Shown: positions 9,362 through 17,425, counted from the first letter of the stretch. The stretch is DNA of 53,597 bases from an uncultured Eubacteriales bacterium (GCA_964490085.1 CAZBAO010000002.1:1-53597); one strand, 5' to 3'. Numbers and translations are program-made. Notes: generated by a model not told the origin, from the letters alone.

Positions 9362-10105
9362 TTATTTATAAATAATATTTCCCTGACATTCAACGTTGCC
9401 TTCGATAATTTTACACTCTATGTCACCGCCGCATCTCACATCGCCGGCAATATTATCGCCGCAAGCAACATGCCCGCCGCAAAAAACTGCTCCGGTAATG
9501 CCATCCCCGCATGCCACGTTATCCCCGCAACTGACAGCGCCGTTTATACTGTCACCGCAAGAAATGTTTTCCCCGCAACTGGCGTTGCCGTTTATACTGC
9601 CCTGACAGGAAATGTTTCCCTCGCAACTTTTGATATCGCCGTTGATTTGATTGCACTCGATCAACCCGTGTCCGATCACGTCACCGTTAATACTGGAATC
9701 ACAGGAAATATTACCAAAGACTTCAACTTTAAAATATTGCCGTGTAGTTTCGTTGCAGTTTTTAGGAAAGGCAACCTCTATGCTGGTGTTGCCCTCTTGC
9801 GATTTTAATATCTTTTTGCCCAACGTCTGAAACACTCGTATGGTGTTGTCGTCGTTCCAGGGGAACTCCGCACAATGGTCATAATGAATCTCTTTTTCAA
9901 CTTTTCTCCCAAACAATTCGTCTATGCTGATCTCAAATATATCAGAAAGTTTGGGCAATAAACTGATGTCGGGACAACACTGTGCCGACTCCCATTTAGA
10001 TACCGACTGATTGGTTACACCTAATTTCACGGCGAGTTCCTCTTGCGTCAACCCCTGCTTTTTTCGGTAAAAACAAATCGTATCGTTTAGTTTCAAGCTA
10101 TCCAT
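9362..10105 (-). CDS. XRE-family HTH protein fused to a Cys-rich beta-helix-like (bactofilin-like) repeat domain
   Basis: The N-terminus (GLTQEELAVKLGVTNQSVSKWE) is a classic XRE HTH. The C-terminal ~115 aa are repeats such as CGENISCGDSINGAVS / CGDNVACGDGITGAVF / CGGHVACGDNIAGDVR. RBS AAAGGAG precedes the ATG. Confidence 0.75.
   Translation of the reverse strand: MDSLKLNDTICFYRKKQGLTQEELAVKLGVTNQSVSKWESAQCCPDISLLPKLSDIFEISIDELFGRKVEKEIHYDHCAEFPWNDDNTIRVFQTLGKKILKSQEGNTSIEVAFPKNCNETTRQYFKVEVFGNISCDSSINGDVIGHGLIECNQINGDIKSCEGNISCQGSINGNASCGENISCGDSINGAVSCGDNVACGDGITGAVFCGGHVACGDNIAGDVRCGGDIECKIIEGNVECQGNIIYK
9365..9720 (-). repeat. Imperfect tandem coding repeats (~48-nt / 16-codon period) encoding the Cys ladder
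   Basis: The periodicity is visible in the translation, and the DNA shows recurring GCCGTTTATACTG-type segments. The repeats generate spurious long ORFs on the opposite strand. Confidence 0.7.
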
Positions 10106-10142
10106 AAACGCTCTCCTTTATATTACTTGTAGCTACAGTTAC

Positions 10143-10209
10143 ATTTTAAGTGCTAAAGTAAAGCAAATCAATAACGCAGATATTGGATTTTTCCAACTTA
10201 GAGTTGGAA
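10143..10209 (-). promoter_or_regulatory. Candidate promoter (TTGATT, 17 nt, TAAAAT) with an upstream 19-bp palindrome TTCCAACT-TAG-AGTTGGAA
   Basis: -10 at 10148-10143 and -35 at 10171-10166 on the minus strand. The perfect 8+8 inverted repeat lies at 10191-10209. Confidence 0.4.
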
Positions 10210-10214
10210 TGGCT

Positions 10215-10250
10215 TTTAAAATAGTGCCGCCCTCTTAACGCGGGCGGCAT
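10215..10250 (-). terminator. Intrinsic terminator after the XRE-TPR gene
   Basis: The minus strand reads GCCGCCC-GCGTTAAGA-GGGCGGC followed by ACTATTTT. Confidence 0.6.
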
Positions 10251-10259
10251 ATTCCACAA

Positions 10260-11378
10260 TTAGTTGTGGCGGTGCGCTTCTAATCTCTTTTTCAAGTTTT
10301 TAAATTCTTCATTTTCTCTTAAACTCGCAAAACCGGTATCATCAAGATTATATAATAACTGCTCTTTGAGAGTTTTATCAGAATTCGTACTTATGTTTTT
10401 AGGATTCCAAGTTAGTTTACTGAAAAAAATAGACTTGTAATTCTGTTCCCCAAAATCAGAAACGCTGTCATAATTTATTGCACATTTTTCCGAAAGCAAT
10501 AAATGTTTAATGACCATATCAATTTCGTTTTTTTGACAATAAAGTTTTGCTATCATTAAATACCATAATGATAGTTGACCATTGTATAAATTTTCATTTT
10601 CATCATCGTAAAGCATCGTTTTGTTGAGGTTAATTGCCGTTTCAAGCATGTTAATTCGTTGGTCAACGGTTAACCCTTGGCGCAACTCTTTATCACAAGC
10701 CATTAAATAAAGTATGCTTAAACAATAATGAAGCATCCATCTTAAATTGGTTTGTTCTTGTTTTAATCGTTCCGTTCCGGAATAAATATGGCTTAAAAGC
10801 ATTTCTTTACAAATTAGCATATCCGGCATACTTTCAGCAAGCTTGATCGCTTCTTCTTTTTTATCAAAATTGGGATATTCATAGCAAAGTATTTGTATAG
10901 CACTATGTCTGATGCTATCAACTGTGCAGTCTTCTAATATTCTTTCACATAAGGATATCGCTTCCTCAATAAACTTGTGGTCTTTTCTATATTTTTGCTG
11001 CTCAGTTGTAGCACCATAAGATATTAAACCATAGGCAAGATTTAACATCCATTGATAGTGTCTCGGATACAAATCAAGTACTTTACGCGACAAATCAATT
11101 TGCTCTAAAACCTTCCCTTTGCGTCCAAGTTCGTGATATTCTTTTTCGTATTTTCTTAGTTCCGTTTCATTTTCACTTGTTTTCAAATTAAGCAACTCAT
11201 CTGCACTGACACCAAAGAAATTTGCTAATTTAGGTAATAGTGTTATATCCGGCAGTGCCAAGCCGTTCTCCCACTTGCTCACCGCTTGATACGAGATATT
11301 CAGATAATCCGCAAGCTTTTCTTGCGTCACGTCCTGCGCTTTTCGCAGTTGTTTTATTTTTTCGCCAATCTTTAACAT
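10260..11378 (-). CDS. XRE-family HTH regulator with a helical-repeat (TPR-like) C-terminal domain
   Basis: The N-terminus (IKQLRKAQDVTQEKLADYLNISYQAVSKWENG) is an XRE HTH. About 300 aa of helical repeat-like sequence follow. The start is set to ATG 11378 (GGAG 8 nt upstream); the track start at 11387 is a GTG. Confidence 0.7.
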   Translation of the reverse strand: MLKIGEKIKQLRKAQDVTQEKLADYLNISYQAVSKWENGLALPDITLLPKLANFFGVSADELLNLKTSENETELRKYEKEYHELGRKGKVLEQIDLSRKVLDLYPRHYQWMLNLAYGLISYGATTEQQKYRKDHKFIEEAISLCERILEDCTVDSIRHSAIQILCYEYPNFDKKEEAIKLAESMPDMLICKEMLLSHIYSGTERLKQEQTNLRWMLHYCLSILYLMACDKELRQGLTVDQRINMLETAINLNKTMLYDDENENLYNGQLSLWYLMIAKLYCQKNEIDMVIKHLLLSEKCAINYDSVSDFGEQNYKSIFFSKLTWNPKNISTNSDKTLKEQLLYNLDDTGFASLRENEEFKNLKKRLEAHRHN

Positions 11379-11502
11379 AGCATTCACTCCAAATATTTAC
11401 TCGAAAGCGCTTTCTGATCATAGTATAAATGACGAGTGAAGAAATGTATATAACTTTGTTGTTTATCCTGATGCAACTACAGGTTGAGCGCGCCTTGAAC
11501 AT

Positions 11503-11540
11503 AAAAACGAACGGTCGGAGAGTTCCGACCGTTCTTTTGC
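11503..11540 (-). terminator. Intrinsic terminator downstream of spoVAEB
   Basis: 11-bp stem GAACGGTCGGA / TCCGACCGTTC with a 4-nt loop. A T-run follows on the minus strand (CGTTTTTAT). Confidence 0.7.
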
Positions 11541-11544
11541 GTTT

Positions 11545-11910
11545 CTACGATTTGTCTTTGGATTTGAAAAAGAGTCCGCACAGAAACGCTGCCGTTACCG
11601 CAAAAGCGATACCGCCCGCCGTGCCTGTGAGCCCGCCGGTGAAGATGCCGAGCCAGCCTTTCTCGGCGATCCCCTCCTGCACGCCCTTGGCGAGCGAATA
11701 CCCGAAGCCGGTCAGCGGCACGCTCGCCCCCGCACCGGCAAAGTCGATCAGCGGCTCATACACGCCGATCCCAGTCAGCGCCACGCCTAACGTGACAAAC
11801 AACACCAGAATACGCGCGGGGGTCAGCTTTGTCAGATCAATGAGCAGCTGTCCCACCACGCAGATAAGACCCCCTACCACAAACGCCTTGACGATCATCC
11901 ATAAGTCCAT
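11545..11910 (-). CDS. spoVAEB: Stage V sporulation protein AEB
   Basis: 121 aa reading KAFVVGGLICVVGQLLIDLTKLTPA...FAGAGASVPLTGFGYSL, which closely follows the B. subtilis SpoVAEB sequence as I recall it. Confidence 0.9.
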   Translation of the reverse strand: MDLWMIVKAFVVGGLICVVGQLLIDLTKLTPARILVLFVTLGVALTGIGVYEPLIDFAGAGASVPLTGFGYSLAKGVQEGIAEKGWLGIFTGGLTGTAGGIAFAVTAAFLCGLFFKSKDKS

Positions 11911-11921
11911 GCGGACACCCC

Positions 11922-12170
11922 TTAGAGAATTTCTTTGTCGTTAACATTCCCTTCGCGTATCCTCTTTATACGCGGCTTATCGATCGGTTCGTCAAAATCC
12001 TTTGGCAACCCCTGCGCGATCGCGGGAAACACGTGATCGCTGTCAGCAGTCGGCTGGATCTCATAAGTGCCGTACTTGTTGACCATCTCCTCCGCCGTTT
12101 CGGGCGAGCCGCCGATCGGCATCATAAACGGCGTTTCCAGATCCTTTTTCTTATCGGACATACTTGTCAC
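11922..12170 (-). CDS. Small hydrophilic protein of unknown function, probably co-transcribed with spoVAEB
   Basis: 82-aa ORF ending 11 nt before the spoVAEB start, whose RBS (AAGGGGTG) sits in the gap. I recognise no domain. Confidence 0.5.
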   Translation of the reverse strand: MTSMSDKKKDLETPFMMPIGGSPETAEEMVNKYGTYEIQPTADSDHVFPAIAQGLPKDFDEPIDKPRIKRIREGNVNDKEIL

Positions 12171-12355
12171 CCCCTGACAAATAGTATGCCCTCATTGCGA
12201 CGAAAAAGCAGCTGCTCCTACGTTTTGTGTGTATCTAACGAAAAGTAAGTAATACGGCCATCACTTTGAGAATGAAAATTTGACTATGTGCCTTGCGGCG
12301 TGTTATTATTTGAGAAGCTATGCGGATCGCGCAAACAGGAAGGAATGAAAACGCA

Positions 12356-12988
12356 ATGTCAAAAAACGCCCTTATTTTTGGCGACAGCTATTCCACCTTT
12401 GAGGGAAATATCCCCAAAGGCTATGCTTCGTGGTATCCTCAAAATGAAAAATGCGGTGAAACCGATGTGAAAACGGTCACCGACACCTGGTGGTATCAGG
12501 TAATGGAAGAAGCCGACTTGAATCTGGTGTTAAACAACAGCTGGAGCGGCTCCCCCATCGGGTACACCGGCTATAACAATGCCGATTGTTCCCGATCGTC
12601 CTCTTTCATCTGTCGATTAAACAAGTTGATCGAAACCGGCTTTTTTGAAAAGAACAAGATCGACACCGTGTTCGTGTTCGGCGGGACGAACGACAGCTGC
12701 GCGAACGCACCGCTCGGCGAGATGGACGGCACGGATCTCTACTGCGTCCTGCCCGCGATCAGCCACTTTTTCAAACGGTTGCGGGAAACACTGCCCGACG
12801 CCGACGTCTACTGCCTCATCAACACGCATTTAAAGCCGGAAATTGCCGATGCGTTAAAAACGGTAAGCGCGCGGCACGGCATCACCGCCGTCGCGTTCGA
12901 TCACATTGACAAAGACTTCGGCCACCCCACCGCCCGCGGCATGCAGGATATCAAACACGGCGTCTTACAAGCCCTCGATCATACATAA
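12356..12988 (+). CDS. SGNH/GDSL-family hydrolase
   Basis: IFGDSYS (block I Ser), FGGTNDS (block III) and a DxxH-like GHP near the C-terminus. The start is chosen at MSKNALIFGDSYS. Confidence 0.75.
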   Translation: MSKNALIFGDSYSTFEGNIPKGYASWYPQNEKCGETDVKTVTDTWWYQVMEEADLNLVLNNSWSGSPIGYTGYNNADCSRSSSFICRLNKLIETGFFEKNKIDTVFVFGGTNDSCANAPLGEMDGTDLYCVLPAISHFFKRLRETLPDADVYCLINTHLKPEIADALKTVSARHGITAVAFDHIDKDFGHPTARGMQDIKHGVLQALDHT

Positions 12989-12990
12989 AA

Positions 12991-13020
12991 AAACAGCCGA
13001 ACGTCGTTCGGCTGTTTTTT
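12991..13020. terminator. Bidirectional terminator (CAGCCGAACG / CGTTCGGCTG plus T6)
   Basis: Perfect 10-bp stem flanked by an A-run and a T-run, lying between convergent genes. Confidence 0.75.
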
Positions 13021-13023
13021 CAC

Positions 13024-13491
13024 TTACGCTTTCACTTCTTCTTTTTTCAGCAATTCGCGGATGTCGCGCAACACGTCCATCTCGGTCTCAGCGGGCTCAG
13101 CAGCGGCTTCTTCCTCTGCGGCGGCTTCCTCCTCCGCTTTCTTGACCAACAGTTCTTTGGTCTTGGTCTGCACCGCCAGCAAGATCTTCAGTGCCACAAA
13201 GATGCAGAACGCCACGATCAGAAAATCAATAACCGCTTGCAGCAGAATACCGTAGCTCACCGCGACTTCCGCCTGCTCCACGCCGTCCACCACCGTAGCG
13301 GGTGTCAGCACCCATTTCCACTCGGTGAAATTAAGGCCGCCGACCGCCAAGCTGATGAGCGGCATAATGACGTTGTCCACGAGCGCCGTGATGATCGCCT
13401 TGAACGCATTACCGATGACAACCGCAACCGCCATGTCAATGACGTTGCCTTTGGAAATAAACTCTTTGAATTCCTCAAAAAACTTTTTCAT
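13024..13491 (-). CDS. mscL: Large-conductance mechanosensitive channel
   Basis: FKEFISKGNVIDMAVAVVIGNAF..IITALVDNVIMPLI is the MscL signature. Confidence 0.95.
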   Translation of the reverse strand: MKKFFEEFKEFISKGNVIDMAVAVVIGNAFKAIITALVDNVIMPLISLAVGGLNFTEWKWVLTPATVVDGVEQAEVAVSYGILLQAVIDFLIVAFCIFVALKILLAVQTKTKELLVKKAEEEAAAEEEAAAEPAETEMDVLRDIRELLKKEEVKA

Positions 13492-13543
13492 ACTCCGAAC
13501 CTCCCCTTTAATAACTACATTATAAGAAAATCCGCGTTTTTTG

Positions 13544-13996
13544 TCAACGCTTTACCCGTAGCTGTCGAAAAAAGTCCTGGAGGAGTGCCGCGCACTCCTC
13601 CTGCAACACCCCGCCGGTAAGCTCCGGCTGATGGTTGTACGGCAGGCTGAACAAATCGACGAGCGACCCGCAAGACCCCGCTTTCGGATCGGGAGCGCCG
13701 TACACCACACGATCGAGCCGCGCGTTGATGATCGCGCCCGCGCACATCGGGCAGGGCTCCAACGTCACGTACAGCGTGCAACCCGAAAGCCGCCAACCGC
13801 CAAGCATCCGGCACGCACCGCTTATCGCCTCGATCTCCGCGTGTGCCAGTGCGTTTTTGCCGATCTCCCGCCGATTGCGCCCCGCCGAAACGAGCTGATC
13901 GTCTTTCACGATCACCGCACCGACAGGCACCTCACCCTCGGCGGCGGCTTCAGCGGCAAACGCCATCGCGCGCCGCATCCAATCTTTATCCGTCAT
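13544..13996 (-). CDS. tadA: tRNA adenosine(34) deaminase
   Basis: HAEIEAI and TLEPCPMCAGAI zinc-binding motifs in a 150-aa protein. Confidence 0.95.
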   Translation of the reverse strand: MTDKDWMRRAMAFAAEAAAEGEVPVGAVIVKDDQLVSAGRNRREIGKNALAHAEIEAISGACRMLGGWRLSGCTLYVTLEPCPMCAGAIINARLDRVVYGAPDPKAGSCGSLVDLFSLPYNHQPELTGGVLQEECAALLQDFFRQLRVKR

Positions 13997-14976
13997 GCCA
14001 ATCCACTTCCTATACTGTCAAACAAGCTCACCAGCATGGCGACCAGTGCCAGCACCATAGCGGGTGACGACAACAGCTTGCTTGCGCGTTCGCGTACCCG
14101 AAACAGCGATGCCCCGTTTCCCACCGGCTTCAAGTAACCGGGACGGCGGAGCACCGTGAGTACGACAGCCCCCATCGCTGCCACCGTCACCAGCGTCACA
14201 CCGCTGATCGCTTGCTGATGATCGGGATAGCATTTCCCGAAAAAGTTGAGCAGCACCGACATCAGATTATTGGTAAAGTGCAACAGCACCGCCGGCCAGA
14301 TGCTGTCAGTGAGAACCACCAAATATCCCATTGCCAGACCTAAGATAAGCGCAAACGGGATCTGCAACACATTGCCGTGGAACAACCCGAAGAGGATCGC
14401 GGACAGCACAACCGCAAGCCCGTCGCCGTGCGCACGCAGTGCACCGAGAATATAGCCGCGGAAGACCATTTCCTCGATAATCGCGGGCAGGATCGCAGTG
14501 GATAGAATGTTTAACGCCAAGCTGACCGTCGTAGGCTGTAAAGTATCCGGCATTTCGGGTTCTGGAATACCGAACAATGAGAGCCAGCTCATCAGCCCGC
14601 TCGCCGCTAAATTCGCAACGATGGCGATCGCCATGCCGCCGAGCACGCCCGCGCCCAGCATACTGCCGCTGACCCGCGCCGACGGGAACGGATTCTGTCG
14701 GCGGCCGCTTATCAGTGCGACCGCCACCGTCGGCACGGCGAGGCACAAAATATATACGATCATATTGAGCAGCATATACCCCTCGTAGGTATCCGCCAAC
14801 GCCAATAATCCGGACAACAGACCGAACCGCACGGCAACCGTCAATGCAAACTCCGTTGCCATCATCATCAGAAGCGTCAGCGCAACGAAGGTACTGCTTT
14901 TTTTGAGCTCACGCGCTTCCGCTTGCTGTGGGGTCATATAATAGGTCGGTCGCTCCACGCGCCTCACGCCTTTCAA
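13993..14976 (-). CDS. CPBP-family intramembrane glutamic endopeptidase (CAAX protease-like)
   Basis: EEMVFRGY and FGLFHG motifs in a multi-TM protein. Its stop overlaps the tadA start by 4 nt. The start codon is uncertain (14976 or 14937). Confidence 0.85.
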   Translation of the reverse strand: MKGVRRVERPTYYMTPQQAEARELKKSSTFVALTLLMMMATEFALTVAVRFGLLSGLLALADTYEGYMLLNMIVYILCLAVPTVAVALISGRRQNPFPSARVSGSMLGAGVLGGMAIAIVANLAASGLMSWLSLFGIPEPEMPDTLQPTTVSLALNILSTAILPAIIEEMVFRGYILGALRAHGDGLAVVLSAILFGLFHGNVLQIPFALILGLAMGYLVVLTDSIWPAVLLHFTNNLMSVLLNFFGKCYPDHQQAISGVTLVTVAAMGAVVLTVLRRPGYLKPVGNGASLFRVRERASKLLSSPAMVLALVAMLVSLFDSIGSGLA

Positions 14977-15117
14977 TGATTTTTGTTACAGTATACCATA
15001 AGAGGAGCCACCCTGCAATAAAATTTGCCAAAACGCAAAAAAAGAGTAAAAAAACATTGTATTTACCGCAAAAATCAAGTAAAATGAGTTTATCTTTTGT
15101 ACAAGGGAACGATGAAT

Positions 15118-16317
15118 ATGAGCAAAATCCAAATGACCACGCCGCTCGTCGAGATGGACGGCGACGAAATGACCCGCATCCTGTGGCAGGCGATCAAGGA
15201 AAAGCTCCTGCTGCCGTTTGTCGATCTGAAATGCGAATATTACGACCTCGGTCTGCCGTACCGCGATCAGACCAACGATCAGGTCACGGTGGACGCGGCA
15301 AACGCGATCAAAAAATACGGTGTCGGCGTCAAATGCGCCACCATCACCCCCAACGCACAGCGCGTGGAGGAATATAAGCTGAAGGAAATGTGGAAAAGCC
15401 CCAACGGCACGCTGCGTGCGATGTTGGACGGTACGGTATTCCGCGCACCCGTGGTGGTCAAGGGCATCGCACCGAGCGTTTCCACCTGGGAAAAGCCCAT
15501 CGTGCTCGCGCGTCACGCGTACGGCGACGTGTACAAAAACTCCGAACTGTATGTGGACGGTGCCGCCAAAGCCGAGCTGCTCGTCACCTATCCGGACGGC
15601 CGCACCGAGAGCAAACTCATTCACGATTTTGAGGGAAGCGGCATCATTCAGGGCGTGCACAACACCGATAAATCCATCGCGAGCTTTGCCCGCGCCTGCT
15701 TCAACTACGCACTGTCGTTAAAGCAGGATCTGTGGTTTTCCACCAAGGATACCATCTCCAAGATCTACGATCATCGGTTTAAGGACATCTTCGCCGAGAT
15801 CTACGAGGCCGAATACAAGGAACCGTTTGAAGCCGCCGGCATCGAGTATTTCTATACGCTCATTGACGACGCCGTCGCGCGCGTCGTCCGCTCCAAGGGC
15901 GGCTTTATCTGGGCGTGCAAAAACTACGACGGCGACGTCATGAGTGACATGGTTGCCACCGCGTTCGGCTCGCTTGCCATGATGACCAGTGTGCTCGTCT
16001 CCCCCGACGGTAAGTACGAATACGAGGCGGCGCACGGAACCGTCACCCGCCACTATTACAAGCATCTGAAGGGTGAGGAGACCTCCACCAACTCGGTCGC
16101 CACCATCTTCGCATGGTCGGGTGCCCTGCGCAAGCGCGGCGAGCTGGACAATCTGCCGGAGCTATGCGCATTTGCGGACCGTCTGGAAGCCGCCACCCTC
16201 GGCACCATCGAGGACGGCATCATGACCGGTGACCTGTATCTCCTGTCCACGCTCGAAAACAAGAAGAAAGTCAATTCCTTGGAGTTTTTGGATGCCATCG
16301 CCGCAAAACTGGCTTGA
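15118..16317 (+). CDS. icd: NADP-dependent isocitrate dehydrogenase (eukaryote-like ~400-aa type)
   Basis: [27 protein letters not shown]...YYDLGL..RD.T.DQVT matches this IDH class. The start is probably MSKIQM at 15118 within the longer ORF. Confidence 0.93.
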   Translation: MSKIQMTTPLVEMDGDEMTRILWQAIKEKLLLPFVDLKCEYYDLGLPYRDQTNDQVTVDAANAIKKYGVGVKCATITPNAQRVEEYKLKEMWKSPNGTLRAMLDGTVFRAPVVVKGIAPSVSTWEKPIVLARHAYGDVYKNSELYVDGAAKAELLVTYPDGRTESKLIHDFEGSGIIQGVHNTDKSIASFARACFNYALSLKQDLWFSTKDTISKIYDHRFKDIFAEIYEAEYKEPFEAAGIEYFYTLIDDAVARVVRSKGGFIWACKNYDGDVMSDMVATAFGSLAMMTSVLVSPDGKYEYEAAHGTVTRHYYKHLKGEETSTNSVATIFAWSGALRKRGELDNLPELCAFADRLEAATLGTIEDGIMTGDLYLLSTLENKKKVNSLEFLDAIAAKLA

Positions 16318-16342
16318 CATCCGCATAGATCCGTGCTACAAT
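16314..16342 (+). promoter_or_regulatory. Candidate sigma-A promoter for the thiT leader (TTGACA, 17 nt, TGcTACAAT)
   Basis: TTGACA at 16314-16319 overlaps the icd stop codon. TACAAT lies at 16337-16342 with an extended -10 TG. Confidence 0.6.
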
Positions 16343-16349
16343 ACACACT

Positions 16350-16440
16350 GTTAAACAAGGGGTGCTGAGCAATCGGCTGAGAGGAAGTTCGCTTCTAACC
16401 CTGTGACCTGATCCGGATAATACCGGCGTAGGAATGTTTA
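16350..16440 (+). promoter_or_regulatory. TPP (THI-box) riboswitch
   Basis: GGGGTGCTGAGC...CTGAGAGG...ACCCTGTGACCTGATCCGGATAATACCGGCGTAGGAA matches the conserved THI-element core. Confidence 0.9.
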
Positions 16441-16483
16441 CAAAAAAGCAGCGGTTAAAGCGCGCATAACATCTGCCTTTTAT

Positions 16484-16525
16484 AACATCCTATCCGTATT
16501 TTTCGGATAGGATGTTTCTATTTTC
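16484..16525 (+). terminator. Riboswitch expression-platform terminator
   Basis: 13-bp stem AACATCCTATCCG / CGGATAGGATGTT followed by TCTATTTT, just upstream of the thiT RBS. Confidence 0.8.
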
Positions 16526-16541
16526 AAAGGAGTTGTTAAAA

Positions 16542-17360
16542 ATGTCTGACCGCAAATCATCCGTTTACCGTCTTACCGAAAGTGCGATCTTACTCGCCAT
16601 CGCCGCAGTGCTGAGCGTCATAAAAATCGTCGACATGCCCTACGGCGGCAGCGTTACCGCTTTCAGCATGTTGCCGCTTTTGGTGATCGCCTACCGCCAC
16701 GGCACGCGTTGGGGATCGTTCACCGCGTTTACCTACAGCCTGATCCAACTGCTGTTGGGGCTGGATAATTTCTCGTATGCCACCTCGTTTTTGGCGGTCG
16801 TAATGATCGCTCTGTTTGATTATCTGCTCGCGTTTTTCGCACTGGGACTGGGCGGCATCTTCCGGGGCAAACTGCCGCAGGGCGCGGCGCTCAGTGCGGC
16901 GGCGATCCTCTCCGGTATTCTGCGGTATCTGTGCCACGTGATCTCCGGTTGCACGGTGTGGGCAGGGTTATCCGTTCCCACCGCCGAAGCACTGGTGTTC
17001 TCGCTGTCGTATAACGCGACGTATATGATTCCTGAGATCGTTATTTTGGTGCTCGGCGCCGTGTATGTGTCCCGCCTACTGTCACTGGACGGTGTGGGTG
17101 TTTCCCGTGCGACCGTCCGCCGTATCGACGTGAGCAAACCCTCTTGGGCACTGTCCGCGGTCGCGTATACGCTGCTGCTCGTCACCGCCGTCGGCGACGT
17201 GGTGTATATCGCACCCGCCTTGCAAAACGCCTCGAGCGGTGAATTGTTTTTTGCCGGTCTTGCCGCATTAAATTGGCTGGGCGTTGCGATCTTCACCGCC
17301 GTCGGCGTTGCTCTGTTCGCGGTACTCAAACTGATTGCCGCACGTGTTACCAAGAAATAA
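16542..17360 (+). CDS. thiT: ECF-type thiamine transporter S component (ThiT-like) with an extra C-terminal ~2-TM extension
   Basis: Directly downstream of the TPP riboswitch. RBS AAAGGAG, start MSDRKSS. The core is polytopic and ThiT-like (LLAIAAVLS..., W-rich helix). Confidence 0.8.
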   Translation: MSDRKSSVYRLTESAILLAIAAVLSVIKIVDMPYGGSVTAFSMLPLLVIAYRHGTRWGSFTAFTYSLIQLLLGLDNFSYATSFLAVVMIALFDYLLAFFALGLGGIFRGKLPQGAALSAAAILSGILRYLCHVISGCTVWAGLSVPTAEALVFSLSYNATYMIPEIVILVLGAVYVSRLLSLDGVGVSRATVRRIDVSKPSWALSAVAYTLLLVTAVGDVVYIAPALQNASSGELFFAGLAALNWLGVAIFTAVGVALFAVLKLIAARVTKK

Positions 17361-17372
17361 TCCCATAAACAA

Positions 17373-17410
17373 AAGTCGCCGTGTGCTTCTCAGCACACGG
17401 CGACTTAGTT
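17373..17410. terminator. Bidirectional terminator (15-bp stem AAGTCGCCGTGTGCT / AGCACACGGCGACTT)
   Basis: Perfect stem with a 4-nt loop between convergent genes. Confidence 0.75.
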
Positions 17411-17425
17411 TTCTGTATAACTTTA

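Noticed and set aside
9359-9808. 149-aa and 69-aa + strand ORFs with repetitive sequence.
   Set aside because: They are mirror images of the Cys-repeat coding region on the minus strand. The minus-strand frame has an XRE HTH, an RBS and a coherent repeat. The periodic DNA is a coding repeat, not a CRISPR array: there are no constant repeats with variable spacers.
10210-10239. 9-codon ORF (MAFKIVPPS) considered as a signalling propeptide for the XRE-TPR regulator.
   Set aside because: It is too short, has no signal sequence or RBS, and overlaps the terminator hairpin of the regulator gene.
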